From Podarcis filfolensis (lineage: Eukaryota), in assembly GCA_964270895.1 (NCBI GenBank), contig OZ185440.1: a stretch of 64,000 nt of DNA. One strand, 5' to 3'. Of the stretch, positions 36,641 through 47,546 are shown one piece after another (position 1 is the stretch's first letter; the number at the start of each line of letters is the position of its first letter). The position numbers and the translations under genes are program-made. Under the pieces are notes generated by a model. The model was not told where the DNA came from. It saw only the letters and a list, made by a program, of their open reading frames with translations, and searched no databases.

Positions 36641-38119
36641 TTGGTAGCAAAGAAGGTGAAATACCTGGGGATTAACTTGACATCTAAGAATGTGAATTTA
36701 TTTAAAGATAACTATGAGAAATGTTGGTCAGAAGTTAAGAAAGATTTAGAAGTATGGTCAAATTTGAGACTTTCCTTGTTAGGCCGAATCGCTGTTATTA
36801 AGATGAATGTCTTGCCGAGAATGTTGTTTTTGTTTCAAACATTGCAGATTTTGGATAAAATGGATTGTTTCAAGAGGTGGCAAAAAGACATATCTAGATT
36901 TGTCTGGCAGGGCAAAAAGCCCAGAATAAAATTTAAGATACTAACTGATGCAAAAGAAAGAGGGGGGTTTGCCCTGCCGGACTTAAAGTTGTATTATGAA
37001 TCAGCGGCTTTCTGCTGGCTGAAAAGCTGGCTGCTTCTTGAAAACACAGACATTTTGGATTTGGAAGGGTTCAATAACAGATTTGGCTGGCATGCATACA
37101 TATGGTATGACAAGGTTAAAACTCATCAAGGTTTCAAAAACCATATTGTTAGGAAAGCATTATATAATGTTTGGATTCGGTACAAAGATTTGTTGGAAAA
37201 CAAAACCCCTAGGTGGTTGTCACCAATGGAAGCTAAGGAAGTGAAAAAACTTAATATGGAATCCAAATGGCCAAAATATTGGGAAATTATAGAACATGAG
37301 GAGGGAAAAGTGAAATTGCAGAGCTATGAGAAATTGAAGTTAAAAGTAAGAGACTGGCTTCATTATTACCAGATAAATGAAGTTTTTAAACTGGACAGGA
37401 AAATTGGCTTCCAGGTGGAGAGGTCAAAACTAGAAACAGAGCTATTGGAACCCAATACTAAGAATTTGTCAAGAATGTATAACTTGCTGTTGAAATGGAA
37501 TACACAGGATGAGACGGTTAAATCAGCTATGATTAAATGGGCACAAGACATTGGGCATGACATTATGTTTGCTGACTGGGAACAGTTATGGACTACCGGT
37601 ATAAAGTTTACGGCATGCAATGCCTTAAGAGAGAACATTATGAAAATGATTTATAGGTGGTACATGACCCCAGTCAAGCTTGCAAAAATCTATCATACGC
37701 CCAATAATAAATGCTGGAAATGTAAGGAAACTGAAGGTACTTTCTACCACCTTTGGTGGACGTGCCCAAGGATCAAGGTCTTCTGGGAAATGATTTATAA
37801 TGAAATGAAAAAGGTGCTTAAATGCACTTTCGTGAAGAAACCAGAAGCCTTCCTCCTGGGCATGGTAGGCCAATTGGTGTCAAAGAAAGATAGGACGTTT
37901 TTTATGTATGCTACAACAGCAGCAAGAGTACTCTTAGCAAAGTATTGGAAGACACAAGAGCTACCCACACTGGAAGAATGGCAGACCAAGGTGATCGACT
38001 ACATGGGACTGGCAGAGATGACTGGCAGAATCCGTGACCAAGGGAAAGAGACGGTGGAAGAAGATTGGAAGAAATTCAAAGTTTATCTTAAGAACTGTTG
38101 TAAAATTAATGAATGTTAA
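36641..38119 (+). CDS. L1 ORF2p C-terminal part (end of RT plus CCHC zinc knuckle); 5'-truncated, so not a functional gene
   Basis: 492 uninterrupted codons; KVKYLGINLT, GRIAVIKMNVLPRMLFLFQ, GGFALPDLKLYY, CWKCKETEGTFYHLWWTC. Confidence 0.9.
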   Translation: MVAKKVKYLGINLTSKNVNLFKDNYEKCWSEVKKDLEVWSNLRLSLLGRIAVIKMNVLPRMLFLFQTLQILDKMDCFKRWQKDISRFVWQGKKPRIKFKILTDAKERGGFALPDLKLYYESAAFCWLKSWLLLENTDILDLEGFNNRFGWHAYIWYDKVKTHQGFKNHIVRKALYNVWIRYKDLLENKTPRWLSPMEAKEVKKLNMESKWPKYWEIIEHEEGKVKLQSYEKLKLKVRDWLHYYQINEVFKLDRKIGFQVERSKLETELLEPNTKNLSRMYNLLLKWNTQDETVKSAMIKWAQDIGHDIMFADWEQLWTTGIKFTACNALRENIMKMIYRWYMTPVKLAKIYHTPNNKCWKCKETEGTFYHLWWTCPRIKVFWEMIYNEMKKVLKCTFVKKPEAFLLGMVGQLVSKKDRTFFMYATTAARVLLAKYWKTQELPTLEEWQTKVIDYMGLAEMTGRIRDQGKETVEEDWKKFKVYLKNCCKINEC

Positions 38120-38403
38120 AATGTCTTGGGTAACGCAAAATAGAATTGCAGTGATAAACAATTGGATATGAGAAAAAAGATTTAAAGAAAGTGCTATAAG
38201 AAATTGAAATTAGGGGTTGCTGGAATGATTTAAAACAGGGATGCAGAAAGGGGAGGTATGGGGAAGTCGCTGAAAGAAGGTTTAAGGAAAGAAAGGTTAA
38301 GAAATTATACGTGTTTATATGTTTGTTTGTTTATGTATTGTGTTGTATTGTCTTTTATTATGTGTTGAAAAACCAATAAAAAATTTATATATATAAAAAA
38401 AAA
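36642..38403 (+). mobile_element. Young 5'-truncated L1 LINE
   Basis: 13-bp TSD ttttaaaagcctt at 36629-36641 and 38404-38416; aataaa and A-rich tail at 38375-38403. Confidence 0.93.
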
Positions 38404-38523
38404 TTTTAAAAGCCTTGTCACACTGTTCAGACAAAAATTCCTGTCACAAATCCAAATTCTGCTCAACTATCCCACTGCAGCTGGATTCAGAGAAGAAGCT
38501 GGTACATTGCTATGTACCAGTGT

Positions 38524-38776
38524 GGAGCCTTTGTGGTGCAGTGGTTAAGAGTGGTAGTCTCATAATCTGGGGAACCGGGTTCCCTTCCCCACTCCTCCAC
38601 ATGCAGCTGCTGGGTGACCTTGGGCTAGTCACACTTCTCTGAAGTCTCTTAGCCCCACTCACCTCACAGAGTGTTTGTTGTTGGGGAGGAAGGGAAAGGA
38701 GAATGTTAGCCGCTTTGAGACTCCTTTGGATAGTGATAAAGTGGGATATCAAATCCAAATTCTTCTTCTTCTTCTC
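38524..38776 (+). mobile_element. Squam3-like SINE, near full length
   Basis: tggtgcagtggttaaga A-box, gggtgaccttgggctagtcac CORE-like motif, (TTC)n tail. Confidence 0.85.
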
Positions 38777-39699
38777 TTCTATGTGTGTGCTTCCACAGCA
38801 GGGTCACTCCTCAGTGTTTGCACGTTCTCATCTTTGTCCCACGTCTTGTTTTCGTATTGGGAATACACAGCCAAGGAAAACAACTTCCTTTTTGTGTGCT
38901 TCTAAAATTCTCTGAAGCACAGAGGGAAATACCTTTTAATTATCATTTTATCAGGAAACAACTGCTCCCCCCCGCACCCACCCAATCCATTTTTTTACTC
39001 CTCTTTTATATTTCTCTGGCAGTTTGCATTTGCAAAGGTTTCAAGTGGAACATGAATATGTGCTTAGCTTTGCAAAAGCAGAATTCTATACATAAGAAAG
39101 GTTTATAAGAAAGGAAATGGAAATTAGGGGAAATCTGGAGAACACACATCTGAGATAAATCTGTTTCATCGCTACTATGTGACCCAGCTCTTTTGCGTAA
39201 GCTTAACTCTACAACAGTGTCATGGCAACATATACTGTGATCTTGGAAACAGCAGTTCCAAAACATAACTTGGATTTGTTCTTATTTTCCATGCCTGATA
39301 GCAAGGAGCTTCTACTTTAAAGGGATGTGACCATAGTGCCCCCCCCGACCGACGTTTTTCTGCAATATGTCATTGATGCAATAATAGTGTTGGGTTTATA
39401 GTGGAAAGTCCACACACCATCCGACTGTAATTTTTGTTTTGTGGTGCTTCCCCAGTGTTACTGCAATCATTGCTGTGTGCACCATAGAGCAACAAAGGCA
39501 GGGCACGAAAATAAGCTGAAACATCTGTGGTATAAAATATTACATGATTTCTGCATGAAGCTGTGGGACATGTGGTGGTTGGAAATCAGCAGTGTGATCA
39601 GCCCCAAAACCTTCGCAGCTGCAAACAGTATAGAAAATGGGATTCCATCTCAAATACTTGTAGGAAGTGTAAAGAACATGTAGAGACATTTTTTTAAAA

Positions 39700-40020
39700 A
39701 AAAATAAATTTTTTTATAACTTTCTTTTGTATTTTAACAAACATCTCATATCAATAACATACATGTTACAAATCTTCATCCCCTTCCCTTCCAGGCTTCC
39801 CCTAGCTCCCATTTCTGGTTTGTTACACCCTTATCATATACTGCTGTTTCCACCAATCCACCGATTTTTGTTTTAAATGTTCTATATGAAAAATGTGTAT
39901 GTTTATTTAAATCCTGCCATCAAGTCAATGTTCTTTTTTGTTTCTGCAGATATAATATAAAAGCTTCCCACTCTTTTTCAAAGTCACTGTTGTCCTTTTC
40001 TGAACATGAAGAGACATTTT
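39700..40020 (-). mobile_element. Decayed L1 3' end
   Basis: T-rich tail plus aagcttcccactctttttc (minus strand: F.KEWEAF.LY). Confidence 0.5.
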
Positions 40021-40154
40021 ATCATGTTTGGTGGACGTGTAAAAAAGCTTTAAAAAATGGATACAAATGCATACACTGATACAGAGAATTCTGAAGACTA
40101 ATTTTCAACTCAAAACCAGAACCCTGCCAGGAGTTATGGATATAACTCCTGCTT

Positions 40155-40295
40155 AGGGAAATTTTTAATATTTAATGCTGTATTGTTTTTAACACTTGAT
40201 TGGAAGCTGCCCAGAGTGGCTGGGGAAACTCAGCCAGATGGGCAGGGTATAAATAATAAATTATTGTTGTTGTTGTTGTTGTTGTTATTATTATA
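40155..40295 (+). mobile_element. L2-type 3' end with (TTG)n tail
   Basis: gcccagagtggctggggaaactcagccagatgggcagggtataaat. Confidence 0.75.
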
Positions 40296-40500
40296 TACAA
40301 TTAGAAAAAGACTTTGTAACTTTATTTCAATATACAATTACAACAGCGAGACTTTTATATGCATGAAGATGGAAAGACTCATCATGACCAACTGTGGAGG
40401 AATGGTTGTTAAAATTACTGGATTTGACTGAGATGGTGAAGTTGCCATGTTTAATCGGAGAAAATTTATTGTCAGCATTTACTAAAGATTGGCCCAAGCC
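40296..40500 (+). mobile_element. Decayed L1 ORF2 C-terminal fragment
   Basis: Translates to ITTARLLYA*RWKDSS*PTVEEWLLKLLDLTEMVKL, similar to the end of the 36641 ORF. Confidence 0.7.
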
Positions 40501-41065
40501 CAACAGGTGCCTCAGAGTCTTGGCTTCCATTTTTTTAAGAAGTCAGTTCCTACATACTCAAAAGTTATAAGCTGAAATGTGTTCTCCCCTCCACCCCACA
40601 GTTTCTGTAAAATGATTGGTTTGTAGTTCCCACCTTCCAGGCTTTTAGCCAATGAGTGGTGTCAGAGCTGTGATTGGCAAGTGGCCTGTTTTTATATACA
40701 CCCAGGTAGAACTAACCATTTTGAGAGCTGCCTTTCAGTAGCAGCATGTACCAACTTGTCCACTGCCCTCTGTGCACATCCAGCACAAGGTCCAGAAAAG
40801 CAAAGAAGGACAGACAGGCAGCACAGCTGTAGCAGGACCTTGGTAGACATACACATTGAACGATGTTAATAAAAGTTTACATGTAGCTTTTTGTATTAAA
40901 AAATGTTTATTTGCAAAGAATAGCATATTGAACATTTTACCTGTCACATCCTTTTTGGTGAGAAATACAAAAGTGTGCCTGCAGCTTATGGTGCCATTAA
41001 TATGTGCTGATGGTGGTATACAGTCAAATAAAAAGAGATACGAACATAAGGAAGCTGACGTCTAC

Positions 41066-41140
41066 TGATTGAGGACATTGGTCCACCTGGGTCCATATCG
41101 TCAACTCTGACTGGCAGTGCCTCTCTAGGGTTTATGGCAG
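41066..41140 (-). mobile_element. Squam2-like SINE tail
   Basis: ggacattggtccacctgg...ctgactggcagtgcctctctagggttt. Confidence 0.55.
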
Positions 41141-41934
41141 TGGGTGCAGACCTACCCACGCACCCCAACAGAGCATTTGTTTGCAACCCCGACATTCCCA
41201 CAAGTGAGCCTGCCGTACTTCATCTTTAAAAAGTTGGCGGGCAGGGTATGGAAACTTGTTAGGACACCTTCGTCACTTCTAAGCTTCTTGCCCTCCTTTT
41301 GAGCTCTTGAACTGTATGCCTGGGCCCTGTGTCTGCTGCTCAGCCTGTATCCTACCTTGCATAAAAATAAATAAATCTCTTTCTTACATACAACTAAGAG
41401 TCTCTGGGGCCTAGGACAAATGGACCCCTCAGCTAAATAGCTGCAGGCCAAACCACTCACTCAGCCCCCTACTGCCCCCGTGTAGTATTTAGGATCATTA
41501 TTAGGAAATAAATGTGGAGAAAGAGAGGCTGGGGGTGGAACAGAACAAGGCAGACTTTAATCACCTCACACCTTGCTATGTCAGCAGTTGAGGAGAAAAC
41601 CCGGAAACTTCAGGAAGCTCCAGAACACGTACACGCCAACCACAGATACAGGAAAAATCACAGTTTTGTCTGTCATCTTGTGTGTCGTAATGAATATGAG
41701 ACAGTACACCCAGAGCCATGACTAAATATGGCTGGATTTGTCTAATAATTACCAGGCCTCCCAAATTGAAACAAGATGCCAGGACAGTTAAATTTATGAT
41801 TATTATTTTTAAATACAAAGAACCCTGTCTTGTGTTTGGCATTTCTGATCTGAGCCTCACATTTTATTTTACATGTTCTCTGTACTCTCGGCTTGATTCT
41901 TTTTTTATTTCCCAGCAGCCATTTTTTTTAATCC

Positions 41935-42079
41935 CTATGCTTTTTTTCTAAAAAATGTTTAGGGGTACTCTCATTTTCCTACTCATATTGAAATACTGTC
42001 CCTAAATGAGGCCAAACTTAGATTCACAAAATGTTTTGGGGTATGTGTACCCTTGCGTCCCCCCAGAAAAAAAGCACTG
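41935..42079. mobile_element. 145-bp MITE with cagtgcttttttt-type TIR
   Basis: ctatgctttttttct / agaaaaaaagcactg; second partial copy at 6684-6779. Confidence 0.75.
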
Positions 42080-42544
42080 GATATCAATATAAATGAATGA
42101 AAACCCCAAGAAGAGATTTAAAAAGCGTGGCTGCAGTTCTGAGTCCAGTCAAATTTGTTTCCATGTTCCGTTGAAATCAATCTCCCTGGAATAATGTGTT
42201 ATGGGATGTCAAACTGCAACCCACAGCTGCCTTCTACCAGAGCACTCCTGCTAACATTGAATGGTGCTGCCCTGGGACCCGTGAATTTGCAGTTTCTACC
42301 TATGAGCACAGGATGGAGAGGATGTACACAGAAGAAATCCAGCCTTCATTTCCATGCAGCCGCTCATCATCTCAACACATACTTAATTGCATTTAGCTTC
42401 TGAAATGCCTCTGAATGTTGGCTGGAGACAATTTTTGTGGTCAGGGCATTGAAAGTGGTAAGGCAGAGGCACTGTTGATTTTATTTATTTCAGACTTGAA
42501 TATACCTCTTTTTCATGCCCTCCAATTCTTTTCCCCCCACTTAC

Positions 42545-43200
42545 ATTTTATTTAAAATAATCACATAGACATTCCAATACATAGTGTTTTCCACCTTTTG
42601 CTTTGTTGACGTCCCATCCCATTTTCCATGGTGTTTTTAATTTCTCCCCCTTTCTGTACCCCATCTTCTCTCTCTTAAACAATAATAATAATACAACAAT
42701 CAATCATTCTGTTGCTCACAGTTAAAATCCTACTTGTGAATTCATCATGCTATAATATTCCTTTAAATAGTCTGAAAAAGGCTTCCATTCTTTTACAAAA
42801 CAATCATCATTTGGTTCTCTTACTTGAGCTGTTAGCTTTGCTGATTCCACATAAAATATCACTTTACTTATCCATTCTTCTTTGGTGGGAAGTTCTTCTT
42901 CCTTCCATTTTTGTGTATGAAGAATCCTACCTGCTGTCATTACATACATAAAAAGCTTAATAATCTTTTCTGAACTTCTGTCCCTATAATCCCTAAGAGT
43001 AAAGCTTCAGGGTTTTGGTTTTTTTAAAAAGTATAAGCACTTTAAACATCTTTTTCATCTCATCATATATCATTTCCCAAAATGCCCTCATTTTCTTACA
43101 AGTCCATCTACTTGTTTATACTTCCAGCAGCTCCCCCAATTATGTTTCATCTGTTTCTTGACAGTACAACACACTCACACCACCATCTTTAGATGTCAAA
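42545..43200 (-). mobile_element. Decayed L1 3' portion
   Basis: Minus ORF YVMTAGRILHTQKWKEEELPTKEEWISKV...KEWKPFSDYLK, homologous to the L1 ORF2 end. Confidence 0.85.
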
Positions 43201-43310
43201 TTTTGCTGGGCTTCTGAACCAGCCAACTGGCAGCCCCAGCTGCGTGAGTCTGGGAGCAACAGAGAATGGAATTGGGGTATCACACAGTGTTTGCTAATGC
43301 CATTTGGGGG

Positions 43311-43395
43311 AAGGGCTGTGGTCCAGGGGTAGAATGCATGCCTTGCATGAATGGGTCTGAAGTTCAGTCCTTGGCATCTTCAGGTAAGGCAGGTA
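43311..43395 (+). mobile_element. Squam2-like SINE head
   Basis: gggctgtggtccaggggtagaatgcatgccttgcatg...agttcagtccttggcatcttcaggta. Confidence 0.6.
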
Positions 43396-43445
43396 AAGTG
43401 TAGGGATGCGTATAGATGCCAGGAGAAGATATATTTATTATATAT

Positions 43446-44270
43446 TGTCAGGGGCTCGGGAGCAGGAGCACAGGGGAGAGAGGAAATGGAGAGCGAAGGG
43501 GAAGAATCCGAGGGCAGCGTAGGGGAGTATGACAGTGACCCGAGAGATTCCATGAGCTTCTCCAGCGAATCAGAAGATTCCCAGAAGGGGGCGCCGATGG
43601 TCAGGGCAAGGGGGGTCCCAGGGGGGACGCACCAGAAACAAGGAGCCAGCGGGGACCCCCAAAGCAGCAGCGGGGGATCAGGACCAGTTTCCCCACCAGA
43701 GCGTAGTGGGGGGGAAGAGTCACATGTGTCAGGACCAGCGTCTCCTCCAGCGGGGAGAGAAGATGAGTCAGGGCTGACCACGCCTCCATCGGAGAGTGGG
43801 GGAACAGAGGGGAGGTCAGTTGCAGCTAGCCTCCCCGAAGGGGGAAGCAGTGACAGCAGCAGTGAAACGGTCAGGAGGAAAGTTGCCGGCTGGGCGCGCG
43901 CGCCAAGTTCAAATGTACAGGCGCGAGGGACAGCAGGAGACCCGGATTGGGAACCAGCTCCTAAAGCCCGTCGGAGGGAGGGGGAAGGCTCAGGGGATTC
44001 AGCGTCAGAAGAGTCTAGAAAGGGCGAGACCCCGACGGACAGGCGGAACCAGAGGAGGAAAGAGCAGAGGAAGAGGTGGAGCAAGGCTAGAGTCTTAAAC
44101 TGGTGTCTGGGGGGAGGAGATTCAGGCGGAGCTTCAGCGGTCTAGAGTTTGAGACGTAGAGCTGCACGCTGCGGCTGTGGAAGTGAAACTGAACTTCAAT
44201 AAAGACTTTCGTACTTAACAACGAAGCGGCGTTGGTCCTTTGTGAGCTGGGATCTCGGGCAGCTCTGACA
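43446..44270 (+). mobile_element. Solo LTR, 825 bp (superfamily undetermined)
   Basis: tgtcag...ctgaca inverted ends, perfect 5-bp TSD tatat (43441-43445, 44271-44275), AATAAA at 44198, many intact CpGs. Confidence 0.9.
43486..44145 (+). CDS. Putative LTR-encoded 219-aa low-complexity protein (acidic/Ser-rich, then Arg-rich); coding status unproven
   Basis: gaaATGg start context; frame open from LTR base 2 to 44145; the T-poor strand makes chance ORFs likely. Confidence 0.3.
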   Translation: MESEGEESEGSVGEYDSDPRDSMSFSSESEDSQKGAPMVRARGVPGGTHQKQGASGDPQSSSGGSGPVSPPERSGGEESHVSGPASPPAGREDESGLTTPPSESGGTEGRSVAASLPEGGSSDSSSETVRRKVAGWARAPSSNVQARGTAGDPDWEPAPKARRREGEGSGDSASEESRKGETPTDRRNQRRKEQRKRWSKARVLNWCLGGGDSGGASAV

Positions 44271-44458
44271 TATATGATCCTTCCTTCCTTATGTTTGTGA
44301 GTTCAGCAGAGCACATCCCTTTGCAGCTTAAAAGGGAAGCTTAGACCGGCTACTTTTAGCCTTTTAGCTTAAGTAATCCAGGATGCTTTGAGGCAGACTG
44401 GATTCTCCTGGCATTTTCTCCCCCTTAAAACAATAATCACACAAACAATCTTGTAAAA

Positions 44459-44657
44459 CAGAGCTTTCCAAATGTTTCATGTTGGCGACACACTTTTTAG
44501 ATGTGCACCATTTCGCAACACAGTAATTCAGTTTTACTTGCAAACTCCTTACACTAACTCCTTTTCCCGGGAGGAGCACAAGGAGCATTCATGCGACACA
44601 TCTACACACTGCAGCCGACACACTGACGTGTCGTGACACACGGTTTGGAAAGCACTG
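44459..44657. mobile_element. hAT MITE, 199 bp
   Basis: TIR cagagctttccaaa / tttggaaagcactg; perfect 8-bp TSD ttgtaaaa. Confidence 0.9.
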
Positions 44658-45029
44658 TTGTAAAAGGCAACAAGTAACATACACTCACTCGGAATACTTG
44701 TCGAAGATTAACAGATACAGCAGCTTTGTTTAGGCAGACTTAAAATGGTGATCCAGTTACATACTTTGGCCTAGTTCAAGACTGAGTGTGAGCTGTGGCT
44801 CAGACTTAGCATATGTTCTACATTGCTGGAATGAGGTGAAAGAGCAAAGAGCAAAGAGAAAGTGCCCAGCCAGGTGAAGAGATGATATGTGGCTATGCTT
44901 TCCCCCTGTCAGGGCACATTGGGAGTGTCTCTCAGAGTTCTCTCTAGCACACTTACAGGAAAACTCTTTGAGCTTCAGCTCCCATCCTGAGCCTATCTAG
45001 CAAACATGCATTGTTGGTTTGACTGCATT

Positions 45030-45145
45030 GTAAATATCACACAGAAAGATTCATGCCAAAACCTTGGAAAGCCTCTGCCAGTCGAAGCAGACAGTATTGA
45101 GCAAGAGGGACCATGACTCTGACGGACTGCAAGACATCTTCCTGT
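45030..45145 (+). mobile_element. Squam2-like SINE tail
   Basis: aaaaccttggaaagcctctgccagtcgaagcagacagtattgagcaagagggacc. Confidence 0.55.
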
Positions 45146-46797
45146 GTTCCTGTGCCATGGAAGCTTACAGACTTTCCATTTCGGTCTAATGGGAGGGCAT
45201 TCCTATGCTCCCTGCTGCAGGCCTCGCAGCCAGCTGTGCAACAGCCCAGTGACAGGCAGATGTTTTTGCAGTGATGAAAGCAAACTCAGATGTTTTGCCA
45301 GGAACGATGCAAGCTCCACGAAGTCACCTGGTTCATGCACAATTTACCACTGTAATAATGCTGCTTTGTTCGCACCAGTTATTTTAAGTGATTTATATGT
45401 CATGTTTTATCTGACTAGTTTTGCCATTCCAGCCAATGTGGAGAGTTCGCAGAAAACCACACAACCGACCCGCTGCATGTAGCACTTGGCTCAGTAGATG
45501 TCGCAGAGAGGCTAGAAGCCTTGTACCTGACTTTCTGCCAGCAAAATTTCCATGTAGATAAGGCTGCCACCCGCAGAGTAGAAAAGGGAAGCTGCCTATT
45601 GCCTTACCCTCTTAACATCTAGGATAGTGCTTTTAATATGTGGGGCTTGTTTTTTTTTTAAATTCTGTGTGCACCACCAACACCCTAAGTCCAGTCTATG
45701 CCTTTATCCCACCATACTTTTTAGTCACCGGGGTGGATCTACTCTCCTGGTTTTTAATACTTAAAAAAGAGTAAAGGAATGATTCTATCATATATGTTCT
45801 TGTTATGCATTATTAAAATGTGATACCAGCTACCAGAAACCAGGTAGATGGTATGGAAACAAAGCGAAAGAGAAACCAAAGAGGATTTTCCTGGTCCTGA
45901 CATTTTAGAACGCTGTTTCTAATATCATTCCAACAACGTTCAAAAAGTAGGTGTAGATCCAGCCCAGGTTAAAAGACCATGTACTAGTAAACTGACAAGA
46001 GCTGGGAGGCTCTGGCTGAGCTCTAAGCTCTTGAAAATTATAATAACCCTCATAATCGGCAAAATGAGCAGGAAGACCACAGCATGCAGCAAGCAAGGCT
46101 GTCTTATCAACATTTTTTGGAGTAAGTGAAGCAATATACCGTCTAATACATCTGTTAAGCCCATGGCCAAAAATTACCTTTGTGTATGCCCCCTCTCCTC
46201 ATTTAAATCTTTATTTTATTTTATTTATTTGAAAATGTGTATTTAAATCTAGATTTTCCAGATAGCTTTACCAAAGAGAACCGTAAAGCAAATATGCAAC
46301 GGATCAAAAACATTAGAAATAAAAGCAATTATCGTAGGGACAGTAAAAAACAACAACCAAAAGCAGTAGATATAAAATCCTCACTTAAATCTGACCCCCC
46401 AGAAAATGTGCTTTTTCTGAACCAACATAGCCTCACCTTGTCTACAAGTTCTGTGGGCACACACACCCTTCCCTTGCTACGTGGTCCAGCTCACATATTT
46501 TGTATCCCTGCAAGTTTGCTCCCCAAGCCTTCTTTCTTTACAGATTCCTCTAAGAAGATACATCTCGGTGGTGTTCTGAATGGCGGAGGGGAACAGAAAA
46601 GGAGCTTTGAAACAAATGTGAATCTAGGTGATCACACATCCAAACTAAGCACATTCAAGTACTGTTGGACTGGTTACAGTTAGTGGCTGCTGTCACCGAC
46701 TGCTGATGGAGCAGGAGAGAAGAGCAACTCATGAACACCGAGGCTCAGGGTTAGAGAACATGCTTCACTTGGGAAAAGTCCCAGGTTTGATCCCTGG

Positions 46798-47546
46798 TGT
46801 CAGGAACATGGCCCCCAGAGCGCAGGAGAAGAGTTAGACTCAGAAATCGAACTAAATGAACGAGGGACTGACTCTGCAGATGAGAGTTGGCTGACAGAGT
46901 CAAGAAAGGACAGTTCAACCCCCTTCCTGGGGAAGACTCTGTTAGCTTGCAAGAAGAAGAAGAATTGGAAGACAGCCAGAGCATTGCTAGGCAATCAGCA
47001 GATAAGCAGAGGTCTGAGTCTGTGTCGAGTAGCAGTGGGGAGGGGACAGGCTACCCTCTCAATCCCCGTGCTAGGCGTCTGGATGAGATCAGATGGCAAA
47101 GGAAGGGCAAGAGGGGAAAGACAGGAGTTTGGCGTCCTTCCTGCTGTGGGTGGGGTGAAAATTCAGACTGACCAACTATCGTCAATGCGAGCAGGTGAGA
47201 AGCCGTGCTCTGGATGTGCCTTTGTGTAAATAAACATAAAGTGGTACCTCGGGTTAAGAACTTAAGTCGTTCCGGAGGTCCGTTCTTAACCTGAAACTGT
47301 TCTTAACCTGAAGCACCACTTTAGCTAATGGGGCTTCCCGCTGCCGCCGCACCGCCAATGTGCAATTTCTGTTCTCATCCTGAAGCAAAGTTCTTAACCC
47401 GAGGTACTATTTCTGGGTTAGCGGAGTCTGTAACCTGAAGCGTATGTAACCTGAAGTGTTTGTAACATGAGGTACCACTGTACCTAAAACTGCTGGAGAG
47501 TCATTACTTCTTTTTGGGGCTTGATTGCCTGCCAAAGATCATTACA
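46798..47546 (+). mobile_element. Solo LTR carrying a MITE insertion
   Basis: tgtca...ttaca ends, perfect 5-bp TSD cctgg (46793-46797, 47547-47551). Confidence 0.8.
47239..47480. mobile_element. Tc1/mariner-type MITE, 242 bp, inverted relative to 6442
   Basis: aagtggtacctc / gaggtaccactg TIR, TA TSD. Confidence 0.92.

Noticed and set aside
43380-44084. 234-aa minus-strand ORF across the solo LTR
   Set aside because: Antisense shadow of a G/A-rich strand; the A-poor minus strand rarely forms stops; low-complexity L/S/P product
46237-46683. 148-aa ORF
   Set aside because: Starts in an A-rich inverted LINE-tail-like sequence, has biased composition and shows no recognisable domain
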